Part shown: piece after piece, positions 63,644-64,000 of the stretch
Layout of the letters: every line of letters begins with the position of its first letter
Position numbering within the stretch: the first letter of the stretch is position 1
DNA from: Thermoplasmata archaeon
GTDB taxonomy: Archaea; Thermoplasmatota; Thermoplasmata; RBG-16-68-12; JAJISG01
Assembly: GCA_046759185.1 (NCBI GenBank)
Contig: JBHIBO010000007.1
Span: 3,898 to 67,897, forward strand
Length of the DNA stretch: 64,000 bases
Direction of reading: 5' to 3'
Made by a program: the position numbers and the translations under genes
Notes under the pieces: generated by a model
What the model saw: only the letters and a program-made list of their open reading frames with translations
What the model was told of the DNA's origin: nothing
Database searches by the model: none

Positions 63644-64000
63644 ATGTCTTACGATATCCGGGAGATCAGTCTAGACAAAGAAGACCGAAAGGCCCGGAAG
63701 AAAGAGAAATGGATGTACGATTCCGACCCGCGAGGCACGGGCACGACCGTAGTGCAGCGGTACCAGGAGTCTCGGGATGTCAACGCGACGGTCACGATGC
63801 CCTCCAAGCTTAGGAAGGGTCTCCCTCGGCGCACAGGTTCTCTCTGTCCAGAGTGCGTGAAGATCATCCCGGCGGTCCTGTACGAAGAGGCCGGCGCCCT
63901 GGTGATGAAGAAGGAGTGTCAGGACCACGGGGAGTTCAAGGAGGTCTGCTGGTCCGACGTGGACATGTACCTCAAGGCGGAATCCTGGGCCTTCGACGGT
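63644..64000 (+). CDS. N-terminal part of a probable radical-SAM enzyme with Zn-ribbon lead-in (tetraether-lipid-synthase/MJ0619-like); continues beyond the window
   Basis: ..GSLCPECVKIIPAVLYEEAGALVMKKECQDHGEFKEVCWSDVDMYLKAE.. is the CPxC..C..HG lead-in seen in this group of archaeal rSAM proteins. The open frame runs to the window edge. The CxxxCxxC motif itself would lie outside the window. Confidence 0.55.
   Translation, partial: MSYDIREISLDKEDRKARKKEKWMYDSDPRGTGTTVVQRYQESRDVNATVTMPSKLRKGLPRRTGSLCPECVKIIPAVLYEEAGALVMKKECQDHGEFKEVCWSDVDMYLKAESWAFDG

Overview
This is a visibly GC-rich archaeal chromosomal segment. Archaeal markers include FEN-1, a PAC2 proteasome-assembly chaperone, a TrmB regulator, QueC/QueD, a Sulfolobus/Thermoplasma-type zinc ferredoxin, DUF996 and DUF2116 proteins, and TATA-box promoters with short or absent leaders. 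I can support about 65 protein genes and about 7 decayed genes. I found no rRNA, tRNA, CRISPR array, transposase or integrase. Most content is metabolism and transport: an MDR oxidoreductase, a Rieske protein, a B12/radical-SAM enzyme, rhodanese, an ArsM-like methyltransferase, a GltD/NfnB-like flavoprotein, a CDF exporter, a VKOR plus thioredoxin-like pair, a ferritin-VIT1 iron transporter, pirin, a Moco oxidoreductase, a class V aminotransferase, an FNR-like reductase, P5C dehydrogenase with a Na+/solute symporter, aspartase/fumarase, malate dehydrogenase, a MaeB-type malic enzyme, a sugar ABC system and a five-gene Opp/Dpp-type peptide ABC operon. Six things deserve a second look. (1) The Opp substrate-binding protein is a circular permutation of the normal family-5 fold order. 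(2) A five-gene co-directional operon at 20.9-25.4 kb encodes secreted and membrane-anchored proteins of no family I can name, and may be a new cell-surface assembly. (3) A 947-aa protein combines a basic tail, about 6 TM helices, a roughly 470-residue repetitive coiled coil and a KaiC/RecA-like domain with degenerate Walker motifs. (4) A Ras-fold small GTPase carries an EF-Tu-like DxPGH G3 motif and overlaps tail-to-tail with an unknown 309-aa gene. (5) A DUF72-SWIM fusion sits head-to-head with a second DUF72 gene. (6) Frameshifted or stop-interrupted gene remnants are concentrated in the first 16 kb, while every long gene downstream is intact. All function calls come from motif recognition by eye; no database search was run.
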